A stretch of 64,000 nt of DNA from an uncultured Nitrososphaerota archaeon (GTDB lineage Archaea > Asgardarchaeota > Njordarchaeia > Njordarchaeales > Njordarchaeaceae): NCBI GenBank assembly GCA_964518475.1, contig CAZFGR010000001.1, forward strand, positions 224,001 through 288,000, read 5' to 3'. The notes beneath the pieces were generated by a model that had not been told where the DNA came from, searched no databases, and saw only the letters and a program-made list of their open reading frames with translations. Shown here in pieces: positions 1 to 9,004 of the stretch; position 1 is the first letter of the stretch, and each line of letters begins with the position of its first letter. A program made the position numbers and the translations under genes.

Positions 1-239
1 AGCCACCATCGCTTCTCTAAAGTTCCTGATTATGAAAATTTATTAAAAATACCAATTACGGAAAAAATTTATTTACCTTCTTCCTTCCTAGAGAATAAAG
101 GTCTATTTAGGAATGGTAAGAAGATTGTTTTGAAGACATAATACAACGACTAAGGTTCTTCCTGTACGAGAATATTATATTTATTTACGGCCATAGAGGG
201 GTTGGGAAAACTACTCTTGTTCTGCAAGCGAGCGCCAAT

Positions 240-848
240 ATGCTTTTGCGAGGATATACTCTATACCTATTAGTGCCAAACTATCCGAGAACATTAAAAC
301 TTCTCTGTCGATTATATCCGCATATAAAACGAAGGAGAAATCTTAATATATATCTCTTGAACGATCTGGATGAACTTATAGATACTCTCACTGAGATATC
401 GCTAAAAGATACAAAAGAGAGAAATAAAGCAGTTATACTTGACGACGTCCTTCCTATCCGTTTTTTTGTTGGAAAACTATGGGATGAAGATTTTGCGAAA
501 AGAATAGGTCTTATGTTTTCATTGCTGGGAATGCTCCTAGAAGATAAAGTGAAGGTGATATTAACATTACCTGAACATGATAACATTCCACTGCCAAGAA
601 GATGGAGCGCTTTTATAGAGTTTACAGATTACTTCTATAGGTTGCGCAGAAGGGGGAGAATTAGAGAACTTTTCATTGTTAAGCCTCTCAATCTCTCCCC
701 CGAAGGATACCCATGGAACATATCACTCAGCAATCTCGAACTAGAAACCATACTTCTTGCTAGGTTATATCCCATGGAATACGGATTTTCTTTAATTGAG
801 AGAGAGGAACCTTCTGATAACCACAGAACGGATACACAATATAATTAG
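240..848 (+). CDS. P-loop NTPase-like protein (RecA/KaiC/RadB-like); true start probably upstream of 240
   Basis: The frame is open from 120 and encodes IFIYGHRGVGKTTLVLQ (Walker A) just before the ATG at 240; AVILDD is Walker B-like. Confidence 0.55.
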   Translation: MLLRGYTLYLLVPNYPRTLKLLCRLYPHIKRRRNLNIYLLNDLDELIDTLTEISLKDTKERNKAVILDDVLPIRFFVGKLWDEDFAKRIGLMFSLLGMLLEDKVKVILTLPEHDNIPLPRRWSAFIEFTDYFYRLRRRGRIRELFIVKPLNLSPEGYPWNISLSNLELETILLARLYPMEYGFSLIEREEPSDNHRTDTQYN

Positions 849-2487
849 GAAAAAGGCCTCTCTCTTTGAATATAGCGAAGTGCTGCCTCGTATTTGGCAT
901 TGTGAAATGCCTATGGGCGCTTGGTGGAGGTAATATTCTCTTATTCTCATCTAGCTTTCTATCTCCCAGTATGATTATTTTTCTCTTATTATCTACTCTA
1001 AATCCGCATTTTATGCAGTAAAAAGCTCCTTTCCCTTTGCTTTTTAACCTGTTACCACATTTTGGACAAAAAGGATTTTTATAAGTCTCTTCAGGAACAA
1101 GCCTTTCAATAGTCAATTCTTCGGCATTAAGCACAATATAGTCTTTTTCTCGTCCAATAACGGCGCCCGTTATTTTTATCCAATCGCCTTTTAATAGCTT
1201 CTCAGCCACCACTTTTAGCATCCCCGTAGGTGCATAGAAATTTATTATTGCTTTAGAGATACCATCAGAAGCTTTCACAATAACTTTGTTTCCCTCTTTA
1301 AGCACTTCTTCTACTTGTAGGGAAACCTTAATTGTCCAATATAACCTAGCGACACATAATTCATCAACCGGAATAACATGTGCATTAGTCCCCTGGTTCG
1401 TCTTATATATGCACCAGAAATCAAAGTCTTCATGCTCTAATATGTTGAAACCTAGCAATAATGCTTCTGCAACATCACCCCTAATACCTAATAGAACTGG
1501 ATCCGGACCCATAGGTGTTATAAGAAGACGCTTTTTCTCAATATTGTCAAAGGTTAAACATCCAAGTAATCTATCCATTATCTCTACACTGTTCTTTTCA
1601 ACAAATCTTTTAGATCCCCATCTCTTTCTCTTTCTATAAACTAATAATTCGAAGGTATAATCGTTAAAGAAGGCTCCAGTGGCTGCTAGGGCTCCTATAA
1701 TTCCACGAGCCCAATGCTCTTCTGCCCAAATCTCAATTACTCCGTTAGAAATTTTCTTTACATATTCTAGAGCTTCTTCTACTGTAATTACGTCTCTTAA
1801 AGCTTTTTGGTAAATAGTTTTTAGCTCCTTAGGTATCTTAAGGGAGTTACTATAGTAGAATACAATGGCTGGCTGTGTTTTTTTGAAGCCAGACACAAGG
1901 TTCTCTTCGACAACTTTCAGGATTCTCTCTTTTAGTTCCTCTAAAATTTCTCCTCGTGTTTTTATGTAGAGAGATACTGATGCATTTCCTCTTGTTTTCC
2001 ATGGAATGTTTGGATTTAGCCTAACTAGATAGGGATAATCGATAAACTCGATACTCTTTATTTTGCTGAGTTCTAAAGCTATTAAAGCACCTAAATACGT
2101 TGTACATAGTCCATAAGGTGTATCCGTGTCATCAATACCAATCCTTAAAAAAATGTCTCTCTCTGGTCTAATATTCTCTCTTTGAATAGTGAATACTTCT
2201 TTAAGGTGGTTTTTTTCTTTCATTGCTTGCTGTAATTTCTTTAGCTGAAAGCGTTTAAGATCGTCATAGGTTCTTATCTCGGGATACTTTGAAAGACATT
2301 GATTACATACTCTTGCGTATCCTATCATTACACCACATTCGTCACATATTATCCGTCCGCAAATCGCACAGTAACCTCTTGCTGGATTCGAGTAACAATT
2401 TTCACATAAGGAACTCTTACAAATCTCGCAGATAATCCCTTTAGAAACCTTACGACCACAAAAGACACATTTACCCAATAACTCCAC
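760..2487 (-). CDS. tiaS: tRNA(Ile2) agmatinylcytidine synthetase with extra N-terminal Cys-rich zinc-finger region
   Basis: IGIDDTDT..G.CTTY, LVRLNPNIPWKTRGN, TNQGT, C-terminal CPKCG..CIKCG zinc ribbon and RHFTMP motifs. Confidence 0.93.
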   Translation of the reverse strand: MELLGKCVFCGRKVSKGIICEICKSSLCENCYSNPARGYCAICGRIICDECGVMIGYARVCNQCLSKYPEIRTYDDLKRFQLKKLQQAMKEKNHLKEVFTIQRENIRPERDIFLRIGIDDTDTPYGLCTTYLGALIALELSKIKSIEFIDYPYLVRLNPNIPWKTRGNASVSLYIKTRGEILEELKERILKVVEENLVSGFKKTQPAIVFYYSNSLKIPKELKTIYQKALRDVITVEEALEYVKKISNGVIEIWAEEHWARGIIGALAATGAFFNDYTFELLVYRKRKRWGSKRFVEKNSVEIMDRLLGCLTFDNIEKKRLLITPMGPDPVLLGIRGDVAEALLLGFNILEHEDFDFWCIYKTNQGTNAHVIPVDELCVARLYWTIKVSLQVEEVLKEGNKVIVKASDGISKAIINFYAPTGMLKVVAEKLLKGDWIKITGAVIGREKDYIVLNAEELTIERLVPEETYKNPFCPKCGNRLKSKGKGAFYCIKCGFRVDNKRKIIILGDRKLDENKRILPPPSAHRHFTMPNTRQHFAIFKERGLFPNYIVYPFCGYQKVPLSQLKKIRIPWDIT

Positions 2488-2550
2488 CTTAATGCCCTTT
2501 ATTTAATAATCAAGTTTTTAACCCGTGACTAATCCTTAATAATTATTATA

Positions 2551-2694
2551 GCCTGGCACGGCTCCTTGGTCTGCCAAGATAAACAATGCGGCAGACCGAG
2601 CCGTGCCATGGTACACCCCGAGCCGAGAGAGCTCACCCGAGGAAAGCTGGAAAAGCGATCCGATGAGGGCTGGGTGTTAGTTGCTCGGGGAACA
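2551..2694 (+). ncRNA. Two-hairpin H/ACA-like RNA with K-turn
   Basis: GC-rich island. Hairpin 1 (2554-2608) is followed by ACA at 2613. Hairpin 2 (CCCCGAGC/GCTCGGGG, 2616-2690) has an internal loop and the K-turn cccGAgga...tccGATGAggg, followed by ACA at 2692. A TTTTTAA box lies about 30 nt upstream. Confidence 0.55.
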
Positions 2695-2775
2695 ATTCTC
2701 AATAATAAAAAATAAAAAATCAACATGTGGGTCTACTAAGTATTCGGAATATCATGATCTCCAGCTACAAGACAC

Positions 2776-2865
2776 GCCGCGGTAGCTCAGTGGTAGAGCG
2801 CGGGACTCGTAAAGCATACTCGAGAAATCCCGAGGTCGCGGGTTCGAATCCCGCCCGCGGCTCCA
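2776..2865 (+). tRNA. tRNA-Thr(CGT) with 15-nt intron (2812-2826) at 37/38, CCA encoded
   Basis: Cloverleaf with GCCGCGG/CCGCGGC acceptor, TTCGAAT T-loop, BHB motif CTCG/CGAG with TAA and AAA bulges, T73 discriminator. Confidence 0.93.
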
Positions 2866-3137
2866 CTACTTTGTTTACTGTTATTATGTCAACACACTTT
2901 TCCTGCCCCGACTGGTTATTTATTTCCATTACTCTAAGAACACTTATTACTAATCGTTACCTTATGTCAATTGCTAATGTAAAAAAAGTAATCATTACGG
3001 TTATTGTGCAACTAGTATGTTATCTAGAAAGCAGTGAAATATCCTCATCAATAATTGGTATGAGTTTATTGAATCTTGAGACCCAACCAAAGTTTTTATA
3101 TCATTTACTAAAGTGATAATGGATTATCTTAAAAGGA

Positions 3138-3842
3138 TTGAGGGAAGGAACGATGTCGATTAGTGAAAGAGAGTTATATAACAATGTACTAAAGGCTATT
3201 CGAGAATTGAGAAAAGTCTCTCCAAAAAGAAATTTCACAGAAGCTGTTGAAGTTCAAATTGCTCTTAAGGATTATGATTTATCGAAACCAGAGAATAGAT
3301 TTAGAGCTCGTATAACTCTTCCATATCCACTCGCTAAGAAGGATAAAATAGCAGTTTTCGCGGACGATCCTCATATCCCAGCGCTCAGAGAACTGGCTAA
3401 AAAAGGAGAAATAACTCTTATCGATAAAGCCAGAATAGAAGAATTAAAATCAAATATAAGAAAGATGAAGAAGATCGCTAGAAAACACAGAATCTTTATC
3501 AGTAGCGCTACATTAATGGGAATCATTGGTAGATATTTCGGTAGACTATTAAGCCCTAGAAACAAGATGCCAATTCCAGTTGGGATAACCGACGATATTA
3601 CTAACGCTATTAACTTAGCTAAAAGAACGGTATTGGTAAGGCTTCATAAGTCGCCTACTATACATGCGAAAGTCGGCAGTATTGACATGCCAGATAACGA
3701 ATTAGCTGAGAATATCGTGGCTTTTATAAATGATATTAAAAATAGACTTCCGAAAGGGTGGCGAAACATTAGAAATATTGTCATTAAAACGACTATGGGT
3801 CCACCAATCAAAGTTGAGATAGAGACTAGAAAACGAAAATGA
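3138..3842 (+). CDS. rpl1: 50S ribosomal protein L1 (uL1)
   Basis: [15 protein letters not shown] and KTTMGP motifs; start probably the ATG at 3153. Confidence 0.96.
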   Translation: MREGTMSISERELYNNVLKAIRELRKVSPKRNFTEAVEVQIALKDYDLSKPENRFRARITLPYPLAKKDKIAVFADDPHIPALRELAKKGEITLIDKARIEELKSNIRKMKKIARKHRIFISSATLMGIIGRYFGRLLSPRNKMPIPVGITDDITNAINLAKRTVLVRLHKSPTIHAKVGSIDMPDNELAENIVAFINDIKNRLPKGWRNIRNIVIKTTMGPPIKVEIETRKRK

Positions 3843-3864
3843 GATATCGCGAGGTGCAATCGAC

Positions 3865-4911
3865 TTGTCTCTAATGGTATATAAACGTAAAAAACCGATT
3901 CCACCCGAAAAAGTAAGGAAGCTAGAAAGGATAAAGAAGCTACTTGAGAAGTATTCTAAGTTTCTAATAATTGATTTTCATGAAGTATCAGCAAACCTAA
4001 TGCATAAATTGCGAAGCAAACTACGTGGCAAAGCAGAAATAGTAGTTATCAAGAATACTCTGACAGAAAAAGCTATTGATGAACTCTCGAATAAAAAGCC
4101 AGACTTAGTTAAAATGAAAGAGTACTTAACGGGTATGCGAGCTTTTGTATTTACTGAAGGCGATCTCTTCGAGATAGCTCGGATGATAGCTGAAGAAAAG
4201 GAAATAAAACCACCTACACCCGGTAAAATATCTCCTATCGACATCGTGATTCCCAAGGGATCGACAGGTCTGCGTCCAGGCCCAGCAATGACTGATCTCA
4301 GACTTGCTGGTTTGCCCGTTCGTATAATAGAAGGCGAGCTTTTCATAATGGAGGACACAGTGCTTGTCAGAAAGGGCCAAAGATTATCCTCTCAAGTTGT
4401 TAAAGTATTGCAAATTCTAGATATTCATCCATTTGAGGTAAGCCCAAAGGTAATCTGCGCATACGATAATGGCATTATAATACGCGGAGAAATACTATTG
4501 AAACCAATTGAAGAATACGAAGAAATGATTGCTAAAGCCATAAGTGAGGCAATGAATATTGCCGTAAATCTGGCAATTCCAGTACCAGAGGCTATAGAGA
4601 ATATCATTAGAGTTGCGTATATGCATGCTACATCATTAGCTATAGAAACAGCGATCCCACTACCTGACACAGCTGAACACCTCCTCGCACGAGCGATGAA
4701 TATTGCCCGAGCTTTAGTAAGTGAAATAGCCAAAGAGAAACCAGAAATATTACCAAAGAATCTCAAAAAATTAGCTCAAGCACCGGCTGCGCCTGCTGCC
4801 GAAGCAGCCCCTGCAGAGGAGAAGAAGGAAGAAGAGAAGAAAGAGGAAAAGAAAGAGGAAGAGAAGAAGGAAGAGGAGTCACTAGCAGGCCTAGCAGCCC
4901 TATTCGGATGA
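3865..4911 (+). CDS. rplP0: 50S ribosomal protein L10/P0 (uL10)
   Basis: KNTL motif, domain II, acidic hinge and GLAALFG C-terminus; L1-L10-L12 order. Confidence 0.96.
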   Translation: MSLMVYKRKKPIPPEKVRKLERIKKLLEKYSKFLIIDFHEVSANLMHKLRSKLRGKAEIVVIKNTLTEKAIDELSNKKPDLVKMKEYLTGMRAFVFTEGDLFEIARMIAEEKEIKPPTPGKISPIDIVIPKGSTGLRPGPAMTDLRLAGLPVRIIEGELFIMEDTVLVRKGQRLSSQVVKVLQILDIHPFEVSPKVICAYDNGIIIRGEILLKPIEEYEEMIAKAISEAMNIAVNLAIPVPEAIENIIRVAYMHATSLAIETAIPLPDTAEHLLARAMNIARALVSEIAKEKPEILPKNLKKLAQAPAAPAAEAAPAEEKKEEEKKEEKKEEEKKEEESLAGLAALFG

Positions 4912-4912
4912 A
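4779..4912 (+). repeat. 134-bp exact direct repeat, copy 1 (3' end of rplP0)
   Basis: Identical by eye to 5186-5319. Confidence 0.9.
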
Positions 4913-4976
4913 AAATTTTAAAAGAATGTGGGAGTGATAACTTTTTATCACACACAAACTCTAAACCAGTAAAACG

Positions 4977-5318
4977 GTGAGAACTATGAGCAACATGTCA
5001 TATATTTACGCTGCTTTAATCTTACACGAAACTGGGAAAGAAATCACTCCAGAGGGTATTGTTTCAATACTCAAGGCCGCTGGTATGTCTGAAATTGATG
5101 AGAGTTTCGCTAAAGCTGTAGCATCAGCGCTTGCTAAAGTAGATATTGAAGAAGTAAAGTCCAAGGCTCTGTTCGCTCCAGTAGCAGCACCGGCTGCGCC
5201 TGCTGCCGAAGCAGCCCCTGCAGAGGAGAAGAAGGAAGAAGAGAAGAAAGAGGAAAAGAAAGAGGAAGAGAAGAAGGAAGAGGAGTCACTAGCAGGCCTA
5301 GCAGCCCTATTCGGATGA
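4977..5318 (+). CDS. rpl12: 50S ribosomal stalk protein P1/L12
   Basis: [10 protein letters not shown]-terminus, Ala-rich hinge, GLAALFG end. Confidence 0.97.
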   Translation: MRTMSNMSYIYAALILHETGKEITPEGIVSILKAAGMSEIDESFAKAVASALAKVDIEEVKSKALFAPVAAPAAPAAEAAPAEEKKEEEKKEEKKEEEKKEEESLAGLAALFG

Positions 5319-5319
5319 A
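5186..5319 (+). repeat. 134-bp exact direct repeat, copy 2 (3' end of rpl12)
   Basis: Identical by eye to 4779-4912. Confidence 0.9.
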
Positions 5320-5327
5320 TTTTTTAG

Positions 5328-5567
5328 GTGTATCATTTGCCAAAATTACCTCTTGCAGTACTAAGATCAGCAGTAAATAAGAAAGTCCGTATCAGGTTGA
5401 AGGATAACTCGACTTACGAAGGACAATTAATAGCGTTAGACGAGTACATGAATGTCGTACTTTCAGATACCGTTGAGTTGGACGAAAACATGAATCCAAA
5501 GGTTCGGTGGGGCGTAACTCTGATTCGAGGAAATAACATACTATGGGTAGAAATAATTGAAGAGTAG
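5328..5567 (+). CDS. Sm-like (Lsm/SmAP) RNA-binding protein
   Basis: Sm1 motif GQLIALDEYMNVVL and Sm2 motif LIRGNNI. Confidence 0.95.
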   Translation: MYHLPKLPLAVLRSAVNKKVRIRLKDNSTYEGQLIALDEYMNVVLSDTVELDENMNPKVRWGVTLIRGNNILWVEIIEE

Positions 5568-5582
5568 AAAGGTAGGATTCCA

Positions 5583-5858
5583 TTAGAAAAAGTTCCAGAA
5601 GAGAGCCCACGAGACTATTAGCAAAATGAAGTAACTGAATGTACCATCCCAAAGAGCAAGCTTCAGTATCGGTACCTCTCGTAACCTAGTAAGTTTGAAA
5701 GCTGCTATAACCAAAGCTAGTATTAGGATCGCTATTAGAAAACCATAGATTCCTGTTATATCTAGCAATCCTAAGATAGCCCCTAGAACTAACCCTACTA
5801 CCATTTTTGTCAAAACGAAAATATCTTCTTCTCTTTCTATCGTTTTATTTCTCTTCAA
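5583..5858 (-). CDS. EMC6/Rab5ip-like small three-TM membrane protein
   Basis: GAILGLLDITGIYGF and C-terminal GTFSYFILLIVSWALFWN resemble EMC6-family patterns. Confidence 0.65.
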   Translation of the reverse strand: MKRNKTIEREEDIFVLTKMVVGLVLGAILGLLDITGIYGFLIAILILALVIAAFKLTRLREVPILKLALWDGTFSYFILLIVSWALFWNFF

Positions 5859-5895
5859 CTCAATTCACCACGCATCTTCTCCTGAGGGATCATTA

Positions 5896-7911
5896 ATGTA
5901 CCGCGATGAGACTATGTCATCACCAGACATACTAGCTATTTTAAAAGAATTAAAAATATTGGAGAACGCAACTATTGACAATTTATATCAGCAGGATAAA
6001 CTAATTAGCTTAAAAGTTAGGACGCAGAAGGGTACAAAGCTTCTCTTAATAGAACCAAGTGTCAGAATACATTTCACAGAAACGATCATTAACTGGCAAG
6101 CAACAAACTTCATTCTAATGATTAGAAGACACCTCAATGATAAGAGAATTCTAGAAGTTAAGCAATACATGTTTGACAGAATTATTGAGATTCTCTTAAG
6201 TGAAGGCTATCGCATAATAGCCGAAATCATACCTAGAGGAAACTTCATAGTAACAAAGAATAGCAAAGTACTTTTTGCATTAGAGCATGTCCATATGCGA
6301 GACAGAGCTATATATCCGGGAGCTACTTTCAAGTACCCTCCAAGAAGTCCAGAAAATCCCCGAAATCTTTCAATAGAACAATTTAAACAAATATTACTGG
6401 CAGGAAAAAACATTCTACACGGTTTATTAAGAACAGGTATCGGGAAAAAATACGCATTAGAAGTCTGCTACAGAGTAGGTGTGGATTGCGAGAAAAAACC
6501 TAATGAAATCTCGGAAGAAGACATAGTTTCAATTTATGAATGCTTAATAAAGATACTTGAGATCATTGAGAGAGAAAACCTTTCTCCTCGCGTGTATATG
6601 AAAGAAAATAAAGTAGTAGCGTTCGCGCCGATTGAGCTAAAATATTTCGAAGAAAACGGCTATGAGAAAGGATTATTCCCTACATTTAGCGCTGCTTTAG
6701 ATTTCTATTTCAGTAAACTTCAGACAGAAAAACCTGAAACAACCCTTATAGCCACGCTAGAAAAAGAAAAAAAGAAATTATTAGCAAGGATAGATAGTCA
6801 AAAGAAGAGAATAGAGGAACTATTGTTAGATGAAAAAAGAGCTAGAGAATTAGCCGAAAAAATCTATGAGAATCTCCCGATCCTACAGTCGATACATGAA
6901 ACCATAAGAAAAGCGAGACTAGAGAAAAAACTTGAATGGGATGAAATAATAGCCCGTGTTAATGAGGGAAAGAAATTAGGTCTCAAAGAGGCATTAATGA
7001 TTGAAAAAATATCTCGTGATGGAAAAATCCATGTGAAACTGAACTCTCACAAAATAGTCCTAGATATTCGAAAAAATCTCCATGAAATTGCTGAAGAATA
7101 CTATCAGAAGGCTAAAAAAATTCGCGAAAAAATAGAAACTGCTAAGAAAGAACTTGAAAAATCCCTCGCCGAGCTTCAGTTATTAGAGGAGAAAATCAGG
7201 AAAGAACTGGAGGAAGAGCGAATAATCATAAAAACTAGGCCAAAACAATGGTATGATTCATTTTATTGGTTCATCTCAAGTGATGGTTTCTTAGTAGTTG
7301 CTGGTAGAGATGCTTCCTCAAACGAAAAACTCGTAAAAAAATACTTAACAGAGAAAGATCTCTTTCTGCACGCCGAGATCCACGGAGGCGCAGCAGTAGT
7401 TATAAAGAATCCAGAGGGAAAAGAGATCCCTCAAACAACTCTAGAGGAAGCAGCCATATTTGCTGCTGCTCGATCCAAAGCTTGGCAAAAAGGTTTAACA
7501 GCAATAGACGTTTTCTGGACGCCCCCGGACAAAGTCTCGCTTACACCACCCTCTGGTATGTATAGACCAACAGGCGCTTTCATAATAAAAGAAAGAAATT
7601 ACCTCCATAACGTTCCATTAAAACTCGCTATCGGAGTAAAAATTGTTCGAGAAAACGACGAGGTAATCATTGATCTACTAGCTGGACCACCAACTGCAAT
7701 AAGAAAATTAACAGATCTCTACGTAGTAATCGTTCCCGGAAATTGGAAGAAGAGTGCTGTTGCGAAGAAGATTATTGAAATATTATTAAGAAAAGCCGGG
7801 AACGATCCCGTAAAGTTAAAAGCCGTAAAAAGTATAAAGTTGGAGAGGATCATTGAGCTTATTCCTGGTCCTTCCCAAATCCTAGAATCTGGAGATGAGA
7901 GTAATGACTAA
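5896..7911 (+). CDS. rqcH: Ribosome quality-control factor Rqc2/NEMF (NFACT family)
   Basis: FDRI, EIIPRGN, long coiled coil, WYDSFYWFISSDG.LVVAGRDA..NE and HAEIHG motifs. Confidence 0.95.
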   Translation: MYRDETMSSPDILAILKELKILENATIDNLYQQDKLISLKVRTQKGTKLLLIEPSVRIHFTETIINWQATNFILMIRRHLNDKRILEVKQYMFDRIIEILLSEGYRIIAEIIPRGNFIVTKNSKVLFALEHVHMRDRAIYPGATFKYPPRSPENPRNLSIEQFKQILLAGKNILHGLLRTGIGKKYALEVCYRVGVDCEKKPNEISEEDIVSIYECLIKILEIIERENLSPRVYMKENKVVAFAPIELKYFEENGYEKGLFPTFSAALDFYFSKLQTEKPETTLIATLEKEKKKLLARIDSQKKRIEELLLDEKRARELAEKIYENLPILQSIHETIRKARLEKKLEWDEIIARVNEGKKLGLKEALMIEKISRDGKIHVKLNSHKIVLDIRKNLHEIAEEYYQKAKKIREKIETAKKELEKSLAELQLLEEKIRKELEEERIIIKTRPKQWYDSFYWFISSDGFLVVAGRDASSNEKLVKKYLTEKDLFLHAEIHGGAAVVIKNPEGKEIPQTTLEEAAIFAAARSKAWQKGLTAIDVFWTPPDKVSLTPPSGMYRPTGAFIIKERNYLHNVPLKLAIGVKIVRENDEVIIDLLAGPPTAIRKLTDLYVVIVPGNWKKSAVAKKIIEILLRKAGNDPVKLKAVKSIKLERIIELIPGPSQILESGDESND

Positions 7912-8713
7912 GCTCCTTCTCGTTCGCGACTTTGTTAGAGAATACACAAAAGTTGATAAAGACGATCTAATTCCGCAAGCATACTGGACTCTAGAGAGTA
8001 GAAAAGACACTCATCTAGTAGTTACAGAGGAAGATGAGCCCATAGGTATCGTTTCTTATAGAGATTTTCTTAGAGTTCTTACTGATAGAGCGCGGAGAAG
8101 GCACATTGCAAAACTTCACGTATCTAGCTTAATGACTGAAAAACTAATAACAATTGACGAGACAGCATCTATCAGGGAAGCTTGTGAATTAATGCTTCAA
8201 AAAAACATCTCCAGCGTTCTTGTGACAAAAGGAGAGAAAATAGTAGGAATAGTAACTAAGCGCGATATCCTTCAAAAAATCGATTTACTACCGCCAAAGA
8301 CGGTTAGAGAACTCATGACTCCAAAAGATGAAGTAATCGTTGCTTCAAGCGGAACAAAAATAACTGGTGCTGAACAAATAATGCGAGAAAACAATATAAG
8401 TACACTCCCAATAGTATCTGGTGATCGATTAATAGGTTATATCGACATTCATATCTTATCGCGATTTCTAATGGATCTCTTCCTTGATCCGAAATCAAGA
8501 CACCCCGAAAAAATGTTGAAAGAAGTAACTATCGGCGACATCATGAAAGGTCCAGTATACGTCTTACTAGAACAGTCAATACAAGAATTTGCCAAAGAAG
8601 TCCTAAGAAAACACACTAAAGGAGCAGCAGTAGTACTATCAGAGGAGAATATGAGATTAGAGGGCGTAATAACCGACACAGATATCACAAAGTACATTTA
8701 CTTAGAACTCTAA
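7895..8713 (+). CDS. Tandem CBS-domain protein
   Basis: Four CBS repeats (GIVSYRDF, GIVTKRDI, GYIDIHIL, GVITDTDI). Confidence 0.9.
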   Translation: MRVMTKLLLVRDFVREYTKVDKDDLIPQAYWTLESRKDTHLVVTEEDEPIGIVSYRDFLRVLTDRARRRHIAKLHVSSLMTEKLITIDETASIREACELMLQKNISSVLVTKGEKIVGIVTKRDILQKIDLLPPKTVRELMTPKDEVIVASSGTKITGAEQIMRENNISTLPIVSGDRLIGYIDIHILSRFLMDLFLDPKSRHPEKMLKEVTIGDIMKGPVYVLLEQSIQEFAKEVLRKHTKGAAVVLSEENMRLEGVITDTDITKYIYLEL

Positions 8714-8741
8714 GAAAACACTCAGAAAATATTAAAGAGAA

Positions 8742-8840
8742 TGGCGGGCCCGGCGGGACTCGAACCCGCGACCGACGGCTTTCCCCGCCACTAATTACTG
8801 TTAGGAGGCCGCCGCTCTATCCTAGCTGAGCTACGGGCCC
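8742..8840 (-). tRNA. tRNA-Arg(CCT) with 21-nt intron at 37/38, CCA encoded
   Basis: Reverse complement reads GGGCCCG...GCGGC-CT-CCT-A|intron|A-GCCGT...CGGGCCCGCCA; BHB with central helix CTCC/GGGG. Confidence 0.92.
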
Positions 8841-9004
8841 ATTAGATCCGAAATAATTGTTGAAGGCTTGAGAGGAATTAAAAAATTTATGGCTCTCTGC
8901 TTGAAAGTATTATTTGCTAAATAATGTGGCTTTAAAATGAGGGAAATATCAATCTCAACTCGATGGTCGTCAAATTGTCTGATTTGTCTACTTGATAATA
9001 AACC

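Noticed and set aside
2616-2694. GAGGAAAG suggested RNase P RNA
   Set aside because: No following UCC, no matching 3' P4 strand, and too short.
2529-3116. ORFs 2529-2726 (-) and 2727-3116 (+)
   Set aside because: They overlap the H/ACA-like RNA and tRNA-Thr and show no protein motifs.
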